From contig NC_087438.1 in NCBI RefSeq assembly GCF_036321535.1, forward strand, positions 3,660,001 through 3,724,000: DNA of 64,000 bases. The letters run 5' to 3'. The position numbers were made by a program, and so were the translations under genes. The first letter of the stretch is position 1, and every line of letters begins with the position of its first letter. Under the pieces are notes generated by a model. That model was given only the letters and a program-made list of their open reading frames with translations. It did not search any database and had not been told where the DNA came from. This document shows, in pieces, positions 50,981 through 63,810 of this stretch. The DNA comes from Camelus dromedarius. Taxonomy: Eukaryota.

Positions 50981-51604
50981 CCTTCCTTTTGCATTTTTTC
51001 TCTTTCTTCTTCTAAGTCATATTTTGTCTATTTTGGGACCTCACGCTGTAACCTGTCTGTGATTCTAGGTGTCTTTGTCATTCCACCTGTCCATGAATGT
51101 GTGATAAGTAAAACCATGAATTTTATGATTTACATGAGTACTTTTCTTAATTATAAAACTTGACTCGCCTGGACAGGGTACAGTGGCACAGACATGCTCA
51201 TGTTTTATTGGTGAAACTAAATTGTCTGACTCTGAAAATAGATTTGCCAGTATGCCTCCAGAGCCTAAAGTCATTCATCCTCTTTAACTCAGTAATTGAC
51301 CTTCTGAAAATCTACCCTTTAAAACAAATCTGAAACTCAAGCATAAAATCTCATACAAATATTTGTGATGGCATTATCCATAATTACTCCAGATGGAAAA
51401 GAAGGGAAACATCTCAAAATAGTAAAAGGGTTTTAAAAATGGAAGTAAATACAGCAAAATATTACAATGAGAAAAACAGGAGTGTAAAACGGGGTGAGTG
51501 TTAAGATGGAAAATTTGCATGAGGACTGACAGAGAATTCAGGATAGAAATGGATTGAGAGGTGGCACCCAGGACAAGTTTGAGTGATGTGGGCAGAGGCA
51601 ATGG

Positions 51605-52100
51605 TGGGTATGCTGGTTAAGTGCCACGTAACAAACAATGTCAAGCTTTGTGGGGTAAAACAGCAATTATTTTATTAGGTTCACAGATCCTGTGGGTTAG
51701 GAAATAGTGTAGAACACAGGAGGGAGGTCTGGGCTCTCATTTGGAAAGACTTAAATGTCTGGGCTGACCCGAGGCTGGGGACTGGAACCATCTGGAAGCT
51801 TTCTCACCCAGACACTTGCTGCCTGGGCTGGGCTGGCTTGAAGGTTGGGCTCTTCTGGGACAGTTGAGTGGAGCACCTGCACATGGCCTCTCCCCCGGCT
51901 CAGGTTTTACTGCACGGGGCTGGGTTCTGAGAAGGAGCACTCCAAGAGAGTGTTCCTGGAGACCACATGGAAGCAGCATGGCTTTTTTGGCCTCGCTCCA
52001 GAAGACACAGTGTCTCTCCCCCTGCATTGCTGACTGGCTTAAGGGGAGGAGATACAGACTCAACCCCTAGATAGGAAGAGTGTCAAAGAAGTTGTGAACT
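51605..52100 (-). mobile_element. Old MLT1-type MaLR LTR
   Basis: ggctggggactggaaccatctggaagctttctcac..cacctgcacatggcctctcc. Confidence 0.65.
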
Positions 52101-53041
52101 GTCCTCTTTTGCCTACAAGGACCTAAGCACCAAGCATAAGTGGACAGAAGGAATGTCACTGCTAAGAGTGTCCATGTGTCCCAGACGTTAGAAATTAATA
52201 ATGTAGCCAAAGTCCCCCTCCCCCCGCCTGCAGGGGACTTGTTCAGCCTCAGGAGGAGCCAAACACTGGACGCAGAGGGCTCTCCGGCCTTGTTTCCAGG
52301 AGTGCTAAGGAATGAGATGGGTGGAAGTCCATGCTGGAAAGTCTAAAACATTTCTATTTAAAAGTAAGAGGAATGACATCAAATTCTTGGTTTCTGTGAT
52401 TCATTTGTAGAAACCCATTTTCTCTTTTAGTAAACTTTGAAGATTTATAAGTAGAAATTAAAATCCACACTATGAGTCCTGAGAGTAAAATGGGTTTATT
52501 AGCGAACGCTTGTTATATACAGCCCCAGAAGGCTTCTAGGAGATGGACGTGAATACATCGTAGACTGGGTTTGCGCCCACCCACCTGAGGATTCCAGGTA
52601 AAAGAAAAACATACAGAATCGGAGTCAAACCAGAAAACTGACAGAATTCCTTTCCCCCCTTCTCTTTTTTTTTTGCTTTCTTAAATTTGACAGTAAATTT
52701 TATATACTTACAAAAATGTGATTCATTCAATCATCATGCTGAATGATTATTTCCAAATCTCCTGACTCAACGATGTCCCATTATGTTTTTTTTTGTGTTT
52801 CTCCAATGGCAAATATTATATCCTGTCTTGGATTATAATTATTTATACATTAATCTAACCCATACTGGATTATATTCTAGTGTATTCTATGTGTTTAGCA
52901 TGTGGCCCAAATATGTATTTTTAATTTAGTTAAACTGCTCTTTTCCTGCCTTGTTTTGGGGTATGCACGAAAATTAGCAGTAAACGTTTTCCATCACGAA
53001 GGCACCTTTTATATTTCCTTCTGTGTTTGCAGCATCAACTA

Positions 53042-53248
53042 CAGTTGACCTTTGAACAACACGGGGGCCAGAGGCATTGACTCCCAGTGCAGTAGAAAAT
53101 TCACATAAAACTTTGCAGTCTGCCCTCTGTGTACAAAGTTCTGCATTTGCAGATTCAACCAGTCACGGATTTTGTGGTGCTATGGCAGGTTATTTACTGA
53201 AGGAAAGCTGTATATAAGTTCAAACACATGTTGTTCAAGGGTCCACTG
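53042..53248. mobile_element. Complete Tigger2a-like MITE (207 bp)
   Basis: TIRs CAGTTGACCTTTGAACAACA / TGTTGTTCAAGGGTCCACTG (18/20 match), flanked by TA at both ends. Confidence 0.85.
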
Positions 53249-54639
53249 TACTTATGTTGTTTCATTTTAATATAAAAAGACTTTATTCATGATCATTGAT
53301 GATTTTTATCTTTTATTTATGTTCTGTTTAATTTTTTGACATGAATGGACAGAATTGTTTGCTACTCTTCAGGGAGTATTCGTTGTGTCCTTTGAGAGCA
53401 ATGCTATGAGCATTACTGCATAGTCCCCTTTCTTATGTGATGCTCTGGTCCGCGAGTACTGACTGCCTTCCTTCCAGCTGTGGGAAGACGGAATAGGAAT
53501 AAACGTGATGGTAAGTAAGGAGCTATGGACTATGGACTAAGTTATGTGGATTATGAATTATGTGGTTAAATCCTGTTGCATCCCATTCATGTAAAATGGG
53601 ATTTATGATACCTGTCTTCTCTACATCATGATGTTCCCCGACATACCACAGTGACGTGTAGGGTGACTGTCATCATGCACATTTGATGAGAGAAGAGGCA
53701 GACTCACAGCACCTGCACGGCCTTGCTCCCCCCAAGCCTGTGGCTGGTACCACTCCTGTAGTCACCCCCTTTGTCGCTGACCCTGATTCAGCCTCAGAGG
53801 CTTTCTCAGCACGGTGCCAATGAGTTATCTTTGGCACATGAGATGAATTAGTTTTAGGGAGTATGTTTTCTGAGTGAGCTAAAATACTCATTAGGCACAG
53901 AACTTGTAGTTTTTCACGTCTGTTCATTCCTGTAGAGGCAGGTCCTCACGGCCCATCTCCACCTGGTACAGCGAGCTGCCCTCCTGGCCTCCATGCCCCG
54001 GGACGCCAGCCCTCAGGAGCAGGTGGCTCGGGGGGGTCTTGAGAGCAGACCTGGGGCCGGGGCTGCGCTGGTTGACTCCAGCCAGTCTTCCATTCAAACT
54101 CATCACTGACTCTCATTCTCCGAACTGAATCTGGAGAGGAAACGGCTAATAAAAGAGGTTCTGAAGATTGACTTGCTTGATTACATTTCTCTGGTCTGTC
54201 ATCTTGCTTTCTTAATTAAAATGTTTTTTTTTTCCCTCCTGAAAATGCATTATTAGGTTTGAGGTTATGTTGTACATCCTGAAACTCCTTATTCTGTCCC
54301 AACCACTACTTGAAACTTATAATTAAATAATCTGGTATGCTTTAATGAAAGATGAACAATTTTGAAGAACCCTGAGAGAGATTTCTTAGTTTTATAAAAA
54401 ATTAACTCTTTAGGCCCTTCCTGACACAAAAGGAGGCAGGAAAAAAATTTGTTAAGGAAATTACTTGGAAGGATGTAATTAATGCACTGCACCATCAGAC
54501 GTCACGTCTGTGGGCACTGGCCGGTGAAATGTGTCTTTCCAGGCATCTGCCATGCTAATGGGCTGTGGAGGCTTATAAAACCCATGTGAAATGCTGTAAG
54601 CAATTAAGAAAGGACTCCTATTTCCTGTAACGAATGATG

Positions 54640-55610
54640 AGATCACGCAGACTGAACTCTCCACCGGTAACAACAGGAAAAAGTGAACACAACGTAAAGA
54701 GAAAAGGCCCGCCTGTTTATAGCCATTGCCGAACTCCCAAGACAGCAAGGACTTGAGGACCAGGGCCCCAGAAGGAAGGGGAGGCACTGAGGAAACCCTG
54801 AGGAGGGTGCCACTTTTCTCTCAAGGCCCTTGTACTAGCCGAACACCTGAGTCTCTGAGCAGAGCTTTCAGTGGAAACCAGAGATCAGAGCCCAGCATGA
54901 AGGAGAAGACCTTGGAGATACCTCAAGCCTTCAGCTGGGAACCCTTCAGGGTAGCACTTCAGAGTAAGAGTGAACCAGAAATAGATCAGGTCTCACAAAG
55001 AATGCAGCCCAGCGCCCCCTCACCCCCGACTGCCTGTCGGCAGGGAGAATGATTCCCTGAAGAATGATACCATAAACCAGCACCCAAGCAGTCTCTGATT
55101 TCTCCTACCTGATGTTCTACATGCAGAGTAAAACCACAGGGGTGAAAGTAAACAGGGACAGACCAAAGACAGACAGAGAGAAGCCAGGAACCCAACCTCT
55201 GGACATCCAGAGATTGAAATGATCAGGCACAGACTTTAAAGCAACTGTGCTTAATTTGTTCAAGAAGTTAAAGCCAAGTTGAGAATGTCACCAGAGAACT
55301 AGGGAACCGGCGAAAGAAAATATCCCAGCTGAATCACAGAAAGAGTAAGTGATGAAACTGAGTGGCAAGAGGAAAAGGCCTGTCATTTATAGGTTTGGTG
55401 CCCCCAAAGGTGAGAGAACAAGAATGAACTAGAGGCAATCCTGAAAGAGACAATGGTTGAGAATTTTCTAAAACCAATGAAAGACATCAATTCACAGATA
55501 CAAGAGACTTGTTGGTAATTATCACTTTGCAACATTCATCAAGCCATACATGTCTGAATTCTGATTTTCCTGTATTTAGACTATACCTTAATTAAATTCA
55601 GAACACTTGG
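54640..55610 (+). mobile_element. Old L1M 5'/ORF1 remnant
   Basis: acagactttaaagcaact..gagaattttctaaaaccaatgaaagacatcaattcacagatacaaga. Confidence 0.5.
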
Positions 55611-55779
55611 AAAAACAAAGAACTAATGCTTTAAAACATTAATAAAATAATGTTTTAATAATAAAAACAGTGCAATGAAATGTGGTGTTAATGATATAAC
55701 AGCAAAGGGAATTTAGAGCAGACATACAATGTAATAGGTACATATAATGCAAAATTCCTTATTAAGTAGTGAGTGAATG

Positions 55780-55935
55780 TAGTGGTGGAAAGATCAGTGT
55801 TTCCAAGTCAGCTAGACCTGGATTTCAACACCAAATCATTGTCTCACCAGCTCAGAGGTCCTGGGCAATTTACTCAATTCCTTTCCTTACCTTAAAGAAG
55901 GAACAACGCTTCACAGGGCGGTGTAACTAACACAA
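55780..55935 (+). mobile_element. MIR fragment
   Basis: agtcagctagacctggatttcaa..cctgggcaatttactcaa. Confidence 0.45.
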
Positions 55936-56249
55936 TGAGCTGCCTTGCTCCTCTATTTCTGCATCTCGTGTTCTTTGTGAAGCCCCAGGCCCCCTTCATC
56001 TGGGCAGCAGAATAAGGTTGGACTAAAACACAGTTGCCTGCACTCTTCTATCCTGGGACTCGTGAGAGCTGACCTCTAGGGGCCCTGAAAGCTGCCTGGC
56101 CTTCTCTTTACACCCCCAGGTCACGATGTATACCTTCTCGTCCCTCTCGAAATACTCACCACCTCTTCCTCCATCCTCGACATGAACTGATTTCTTGCTT
56201 CTTTAGTTTCATGGAGAAATTAGGGATGATCAGAATAGAACAGCAGCAA

Positions 56250-56995
56250 GTTCCCGCCGTGTCTTCCACCGCCGTCCGCCAGCTGTGCCCACACCCCCTG
56301 ACTCCCTGCTGTGCTCGGGTTGGCTGTGCCCTAGACCCCATCCCCTCTCAGCCCCTCGAAGACATCACACGGGAATTCTCCTCTTTCTTCCTGATGGTGT
56401 CTCTCTCCCTGCTGGGTCATTTCCATCAGCAAGTGAACCTGCTATTCTTTCTAGCAGTGCTGAGAAACAAACTTCCTTTTATTCCACTGTTCCCTGCAGG
56501 ACCTGCCCCAGTGTTTGCTCTTGAAATGACTCAGATCAAGCTTTTGTCCCCACCTCTTCAGTGATCTCTGGTCAAAGGCACAAACAGTGGCCCCAAGGCT
56601 ACATCCAGGGGTTAATTCTGGGCATTCCTCTCACAGGGCCCCCAGCTGCAGGTGCTCCCGGCTGAGCCTTTAACAATGCCACCTTCACTCAGCTCCTGGA
56701 ACACGCAGCCTCCTCCTGTCTCCAGGGTTCCCTTCAGTCTCCTTGCAGAATTTGCTTTCTCCCTCTGATCTCGAAGGCTCAGTGTGCCTCAGGCTCTGTC
56801 CTCAACTTCTTCCCTCTCTGTCTGCACTTAGGGCTCCTGGTGTTAACTACCCCACATCCACTCTTGGTTCCTATTTCTATCTCCAGTCACAACCAGTATC
56901 CTGAAACACAGACTTTCATATCTAATTATATAGAGTCTTTACCTGAGAATCTAATGGCATCTGAGATGTGACATGTCCAGGTACAGCTCCTGCAC
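56250..56995 (+). mobile_element. LINE-2 remnant
   Basis: Pyrimidine-rich L2-like blocks (ctcaggctctgtcctcaacttcttccctctct, ctatttctatctccagtc). Confidence 0.55.
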
Positions 56996-57139
56996 GTGCC
57001 CCAAATGATGGACCAGAAAGAGGGGAGGTCTGGGGACCCGCTGGGAGCTCCTGCAAGACAGAACCTCTGAAAGAGAGCATGGTCCAGGAATAGGTACCAG
57101 ATGGGCCCTAGTTCATTGACTGATGCTCTGATCCATTGA

Positions 57140-57430
57140 CTGATGAGGAGGGAGAGACAGGGACCAAGAGACATGCCGGGAGGACGCCATGCAGTGATGG
57201 AGATCATCACCAGGTGCAGCTGCCAGCCAAAGGACGCTGGGCATTGTTGGCAACACCAGAAACTGGGGGTGGGGCATGGTGCTCGCCCCTGGGGCCTTTG
57301 GACACCTGCTGACACCTCCGACACCTTGGTTTCAGACCTCTGGCCTGCAGAGCTGCGAGAGAATACAATTTTGTTGTTTTAAGCCACCAAATTTGGGACG
57401 CTGTGTCACCGCAGTCCTAGGGACCTGACG
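57140..57430 (+). mobile_element. MLT1-type MaLR LTR fragment
   Basis: gacaccttggtttcagacctctggcctgcagagctgcgagagaatacaattttgttgttttaagccacc. Confidence 0.75.
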
Positions 57431-57934
57431 GTTCTAGGCTCCTCAGAGGCAAAGGCATGGCATGCAGGTTAGAAGGGGCGGGGGTCAAGGGAGCCTGGAG
57501 CACAGTGGGAGGAGCCTGGGCACATTTCGGCACAGCAGGAAGGGCCGGGGGGCGGGGATGCAGGGAAGACTAGGGAGGGCACGGGCAGCCAGAAACACCA
57601 GCGGGCAACCCCAGAATCTCGGCTAAGAGCCATTTACTGTCAACTGAAAGACATCTCGGGCCTTTGAAAATACAGGTTAGATGATGAGAGTTCTCTATAA
57701 GCCTGATCAAGAGTAAAATGAGTGTACCGCACACAGAGGACTGACAGAACTCACGGAAGGGAACGTGTCTGTCAGAACCCCACGCGCGGCGGGATCACTT
57801 AGGCGAAGCACTGTTTAGTCCACTCCACTAGCGTCTGCCCTTCACAGAGTTCAAAGGACACGTGAATGTCAGGCATTGATGGATCCCTGGATGGGTGCTG
57901 GGTCTGTGGGCTCCATTCTCCAGGCTAAGGGACC

Positions 57935-58360
57935 TGGTGTTGCTTTCCCCGGACTGCTGCAACAAATTACCACAAATCTGATGCTTTAAAACAGCAGAAA
58001 CTGATTCTCTCCCAGCTCTGGGGCCAGAAGTCTGAGAGTAAGGTGTTGGCAGGGCTGCGCCCCCACTGAAGGCTCCGGGGAGGGTCCCTCCGGGCCTCTT
58101 CCAGCTTTTAGTGGTTGCCTGGTGGTCCTTGGCTTGCAGAACGTCACTCCAGTCTCTGCCCTTGTCATCACACGCACTTTTTCCTGGTGTGTCTCTATTT
58201 TTTCTTTCTATTAGGACAAGAGTCATTGGTTAGAACCCAGCCTAATCCAGAGTGACTTCATTTTAACAAATTACACCTGCAGAGGCCTTTTATCAAGTAA
58301 AGTCACAATGAGAGATTCAGGGTAGACGTGAGTCTTGGGGAGACACTTTCCTCCCCAGCC
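57935..58360 (-). mobile_element. MLT1-type MaLR LTR
   Basis: aacaaattaccacaaa..ttaaaacagcagaaactgattctctcccagctctggggccagaagtctgag. Confidence 0.8.
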
Positions 58361-58440
58361 CAGACCACACAAGTACTTATCTTCTCAAGCTCAGAAGTCC
58401 TGGTGCCCCTCAGCTATGTTCATCCTGCTTGACTGACATT

Positions 58441-58511
58441 CTTTTTTTCCTTATTAAAGTAGAGTTGATTTACAATGTTGTGTTAGTTTCTGGTGTACAG
58501 CACAGTGATTC

Positions 58512-58567
<56 letters not shown>

Positions 58568-59025
58568 TATAGAATAAAGAATATATATATATTCTTTTTC
58601 AGATTCTTTTCTATTGTGGGTTATTACAAGATATTGATTATAGTTTCCTGTGGTATACAGTAGGACCTTCTTGCTTATTTATTTTATATAAAGTAGTATA
58701 TATCTATTAATCCCAAACTCTTAATTTATCCCTCCCCATTTTTCTCTTTTGGTAACCATAAATTTGTTTTCTATGTCTGTGAGTCTGTTTCTGTTTGGTA
58801 AATAAGTAAATACATTTGTATCCTTTTTTTCAGATTCCACATATAAGTGATATGATATGATATTTTTCTTTCTCTGTCTGACTTCACTTAGTATGATAAT
58901 CTCTAGATCCATCCATGTTGCTGCAAATGACATTATTTTATTCCTTTTCATGGCCGAGTAGTATTCCTTTGTATAAACATTCCGCAACTTTATCCATTCA
59001 TCTGTCAATGGGCATTTAGTTTGCT
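58441..59025 (-). mobile_element. Cetartiodactyl-type L1 3' end containing (TA)n at 58515-58561
   Basis: ORF 58721..59008 reads EWIK..YTKEYYSAMKRNKIMSFAATWMDLEIIILSEV (ORF2 end); same family as 36823-37203. Confidence 0.9.
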
Positions 59026-60467
59026 TGACTTATTCTTTTTGTAATTAAAACCTCCTTGAGATATTGATGGGTTTCATGGTACAAGTCATTTGAAAACAGT
59101 AGAACAGCTGGAGAGATGGCAGAGTTGTATCTGCACTCATACAAATCAGCTTTTAAAAAATAAAGAGTGACCTGGCAAAATTTTTTTTTTCTCTTCTAGT
59201 TGGCTGGGAAAAATTAGAAATCCAGAGACAGTATGTTTTCTATACATTATCTGTCTTCTATAAAGTCACAAGACCCGAATATTTTAAGAACTCAGATGTG
59301 TTTTCTTACCAGCATCACTGAACAGATCATCTCTCTCTCCTGCCTGGTATGAAAAATCTTGCTGGCTCCTGTCTGCTCCAGCTGGAAAGGAGCTGCTCTT
59401 GGGCATTTGCCTCTCAGGTTTTTCCTGAGCAATCACAGAGGCTGATGTGTTTCTGGTTGCTTTTTAAGATCATCACCCAGTTGCCTCTATGCTCCTTTGT
59501 TGCAGCCTGGGATGTACCGGGCAGGATGCAACTTCACCTTTCTTGTGGGTGTGAAGTCTCTTCTGTTGGTAGGTAAATCCACACTTACAACCTCCTCAGA
59601 CATGCTGGGCTCTGCTATTCTGTTTATCATTTTGTGCCCTCACACTTTATTTATTGTCTTGACTTCTTATGGTTATTTTGTAAAATCAAATTTGCCTCTT
59701 ATCAGCCTGAGTCTTGGTGGCCTTGAACCCAGCATTATCCTGTGTTGCCATCTTCAAGGGGCTTGTGTTGTGTGATGGTTCCTGTGTCACAGCGAGCTTA
59801 TTCTTTTTCTTTCTTTTCTTTCCTGATTCAAAAAGACAGACCTATTCAAGTATTTTATTGTGAAATTAGGAACATATAGATTGCTTTTCAAGAGTGTTCT
59901 CTTTTTAAAGGAATGTAAGATTAAGGTGCACACATCTGCCATCTGTGAAGGGCCTTGAGGAGACACCTTTTCTGTAAAGAGATTGTCTTTTTATTTGCTT
60001 TGATTAAAAACAGCAGCATTCCCTGCTGCCAAATAACTCACCTGGGTTTCATCTCATCACTATAAATAAGTGGAACAGGCAAGTATCACAATGAGCTTCA
60101 TTCAAAACATCAAGGCAAAAGAGTCTCAGAAGGGCTCCCTGAGGGCCACGGGTCACTGCACTTTCAAGATCACAGGCAGCCAGCTTCTTAACATCTTCAT
60201 TTTCAGCCATCTGGTCACACTACCTCCTGGGACTGGGTTCCTCCTACTCTGCATCCATTGAGCTCAAAGCCAGGCATCCATCTGCAGAGTGTCTGGCTCA
60301 AACAGGGCACAGTTGGCGGTTGACATGTATCCCTGCCATTTTCATATGGTCAGAGAGGGAGAACACACCAAGGTTAGGAGCATTTAGATTCACAGATCTG
60401 GAGTGGAGCACTCGGTAGTATGTGAGGTTGGAAAAAAAGAAGGCAGAAGGAATCCACCAGCTCCAGC

Positions 60468-60561
60468 ATGATGATGATGGTGGTGGTGGTGGTGGTGGTG
60501 GTGGTGGTGATAACAATTACTATGATGGTGGCAGTAATAGAGATGATGATGATGGTGGTGG

Positions 60562-60602
<41 letters not shown>

Positions 60603-60710
60603 GTGATGCTAATAATATGGATGATGATGGGGTAACAGTGATGATGGTGGTGTTGATGGTGGTGATGACGGTGGTGGCAGTGATGAAGACAATGATGTCA
60701 GAGGTGATGT
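60468..60710. repeat. Compound (GAT)n/(GGT)n trinucleotide repeat
   Basis: Directly visible. Confidence 0.9.
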
Positions 60711-60941
60711 GACACCTGTCACTTATAAAGAATACTCTGTTTCAATTGCCTGCCTCCAATTTAGCCTTAAGGATCAAGCCCTGTTCTAGTGTTTAGTAGC
60801 AGGTTATTAGAACACTGTTTCTAAGTGAAAACCATGTTTTGCTTATAGAACTTTCCCCCAGAACACAGTCTCTATTAAATCTGAGTGTGTCTCCAAAGGC
60901 TTGGGATTAACTCAATAATCTCTTTACTTATTCATATGGAC

Positions 60942-61140
60942 TGTATTAGTCAGGATTTTCCAGAGAAACAGAACCATATGATGTGTAAATATATCCTCTC
61001 TCTTTCTCAGAGAAAGAGACAGACAGACATTTATTTTAAGGAATTGGCTCACATGATTGTGGGGCTAGCAAGTCTGAAATCTGCAGGGCAGTCTGGCAGG
61101 CTGGAGCCCCAGGGACAAGTTGACGTTGCAGCTCAATCTT
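60942..61140 (-). mobile_element. MLT2-like ERVL LTR fragment
   Basis: tgtattagtcaggattttccagagaaacagaacc..tttattttaaggaattggctcacatgattgtgggg. Confidence 0.75.
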
Positions 61141-61344
61141 CAACATTTTCAAATGGTCAAAAACACTCTATGGACAATATGCAAGTATGTTGTACAATAC
61201 GATGGTTTCTGAAGCAATATAGAAGAATTTTAGGCAATCACAATACCATAACATTTTAGGTGGAGAGAAAACTTACATTTTGGCAAAATACCTCTCATCT
61301 ATAAGAAAATAGAGGACAGATTAAGGCTTGGCACTTACACCTAA

Positions 61345-61712
61345 TGTAGGGTCCTTGCAGGTGTATTTAAGATAAGGTCACACTGGAGCTGGTGGCCCCG
61401 AATCCAGTATGACTGTTGTCCTTACAAAGAGGGGATATTTGGACTCGGACATGCACGGGGAGGAAACCAGGTAACAATAAAGGCAGAGAGCAGGGTGATG
61501 CTTCCGGGAGCCAGGAAAGAATGAAGACGGCAATGAACCACCGGAAGCCGGGGAGAGGCCTGGAACAGGTCCTTCCTCACCGCCTCAGACGGGACCGACC
61601 CTGCCAACAACTTGATCTTGGACTTTGCACCTCCAGACTGTGGGAGAACACATTTCTGTAGTTCAGGCCGCCCAGGGTGTGCGATTTTGTATGGCAGTCC
61701 TAGCTGACCGGA
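61345..61712 (+). mobile_element. MLT1-type MaLR LTR
   Basis: aatccagtatgactgttgtccttacaaagagg..gaggcctggaacaggtccttcc..cctccagactgtgggagaacacatttctg. Confidence 0.78.
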
Positions 61713-62625
61713 GCAGGTGCACTGTGTATTTTATATCCATCTTGGTACGTTCATATGAGTGCAAATACGTGCACACATGTTCACTGCACACCGACACATA
61801 TTCAGTGGATTTTCCAACTTATAAACCCCGCAGTGCACCCCACACCCCTGTACCCCAGGTCCTTGTCAGCCTCCGCTGTCCCTCCCCTGAGCCCAAGGAG
61901 CATCCTGGCATTTGTAACCAGCCCCAGCCTCCGCATCAGCCCCTCCCTCTCTTCCCGGGTCTGCCCTGCCTGCGTCCTCCCACCAGACCCAGGTGAGAGC
62001 CCTGGTGGGGGAGGACGGGGACCCCCAGCAAGGGTGAGCACCCACGTGGTCCTGCCTTCTGTCCTGAGAGAGCTCCTCTGACCCTGGTTCCACCAGCAGA
62101 AGATTGAACGTTTGGCCCCGTCTTACAAACAGATCAGCTTCCTCAGGAGGAAGGAAGACGAGGAGAGGGAGTCCCGTGGGTCTGTGGGTTTGAGTGGGCA
62201 GCGGAGGGTATGTAAAGCAAGTGCCCCCTGCTGTGTCTCCCCAGCACAGAGGCCAGGGCATTCAGTGAAACCAAGGCCCTTGCCTCTGCTAATGTGACAG
62301 AGTGATCACCGAACAGCCCGGAGGAGCAGGTGGCCCTCCATCCATATCCCCTCCACGTGTCTCCAGACGAGCGTGGGCTGCACACTTCGGGAGCCTAGAA
62401 AAAGATGAATAGTTCTCCGAACTTTATATATTAGTCAGTTTGTTTTCTTTTCCGCTTCATTAAAGCCTTCTGCTGTTGTTTGAACATTCAAAGTAAAACC
62501 CATTTTAACATCTAAACAATCTTAAAATGGAAATTGTTTTTTCTTCATGGTTGGATAGCTTCATGTTGGCCATAGTGATTTTTAAACCCTGCTCCAAATC
62601 AAGGAAGAAAACACCCCAGTCTTGC

Positions 62626-62830
62626 TGTTAAAAACAAGACAGCAGCCCCAAATGGAGTTGCTTATGCTGAGCCCCAGACTGAGACAACTGAATTAGACTT
62701 TCGGCTCTCCCAGACCTGGGACCCTGCGCCAGTCAATCGGGAATCTCCTGACCAGGGCTGGTTAGGCAATGTGCCTGGCAGACCCTGCCGTCCCCTCAAG
62801 GAAAGTGACCTGGCCATAACCAGCCCACTT
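62626..62830 (+). mobile_element. Possible ERV LTR 5' part
   Basis: TGTTAAAAAC start followed by ccccaaatggagttgcttatgctgagcccc; recognised from memory only. Confidence 0.35.
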
Positions 62831-62832
62831 TG

Positions 62833-62833
<1 letters not shown>

Positions 62834-62880
<47 letters not shown>
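62834..62880. repeat. (TCTA)n tetranucleotide microsatellite
   Basis: Directly visible, ~12 units. Confidence 0.92.
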
Positions 62881-62882
<2 letters not shown>

Positions 62883-63207
62883 ATCCAGTCATCTGTCAAT
62901 GTGCATTCAGGTTGCTTCTATGTCTTGGTTACTGTAAACAGTGCAGCTATGAACATTGGCATGCATCTTTTTGAGTTAAAGTTTTCTCCAGACATATGTC
63001 CAGGAGTGGGATTGTTGGATCATGTGTAACTCTATTTTTAGTTTTTAAAGGAATCTCCATTCTGTTCTCCAGAGTGGTTGCACCAATTTCCATTCCCACC
63101 AGCAGTGTAGGAGGGTTCCCTTTTCTCCACACCCTCTACAGCATTTATTATTTGTAGACTTTTTAATGAAGGCCATCCTGACTGGTGAGAGGTGGTACCT
63201 CACTGCA
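62881..63207 (-). mobile_element. L1 ORF2 3' fragment
   Basis: ORFs 63045 and 62947 give [32 protein letters not shown] and DPTIPLL. Confidence 0.88.
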
Positions 63208-63625
63208 GTGAAACCACTTCTATTTAGAATGGCTGTGCCTTTTCCTTCTGGTCCTCTTTCTGTGAAGGCCTCAGGGCTCCCCAGTTTGACCCCAGCCTCT
63301 GCAGGAAGCACACTGTGGTTTAGGAAACTCAGCTGCTGGGCACTTGTCCCATGAGCTGTTCACTAGCTAAGTGTTGTGCAAACTTAACAGATACATCTCA
63401 TGATACTGTCTCCTCCCCGGGAACAGCTACCCAAGGTTTCCATTCCAGGGTTGAGGACCCACAGGTGCCGGTGGTGGAATTGTGCCTGGGGAGGAAGATC
63501 TCAGAGTCCTGATAGACAGGCAGCCACTGAGGCCAAAGGCGGGTGTTGACCATGATTATACACAATTTTCTGAGTCACAACAAAATGAAGATGTGTAGAA
63601 TGATGAAAAGTGCGAGTGGCAGGCA

Positions 63626-63810
63626 GGGAGGGCATAGCTCAGTGGTAGAGCGCGTGCTCAGCATGTGCAAGGTCCTGGGTTCAATCCCTAGCACCTCCAT
63701 TAAAATAAAGAAATAAAAACCTAATTACCTCTCCCCCTAAAAAAGAACAAATAAAAATAAAAATGTGAAATATTTTTTTAAAAAGCTCAAAAAATTTAAA
63801 GATTAAAAAT
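63626..63810 (+). mobile_element. tRNA-Ala-derived SINE (camelid vic-1-like)
   Basis: A box TAGCTCAGTGG (63635-63645), B box GGGTTCAATCCC (63677-63688), CCTAATTACCTCTCCCC body, A-rich tail, diverged TSD AAGTGCGAGTGGCA / AAGTGGGAGTTGCA. Confidence 0.88.

Noticed and set aside
60422..60712. Poly-Gly/poly-Asp ORF
   Set aside because: Translation of a GGT/GAT simple repeat
63626..63700. tRNA-Ala gene
   Set aside because: Followed by SINE body, A tail and TSD, with stem mismatches; it is a SINE head
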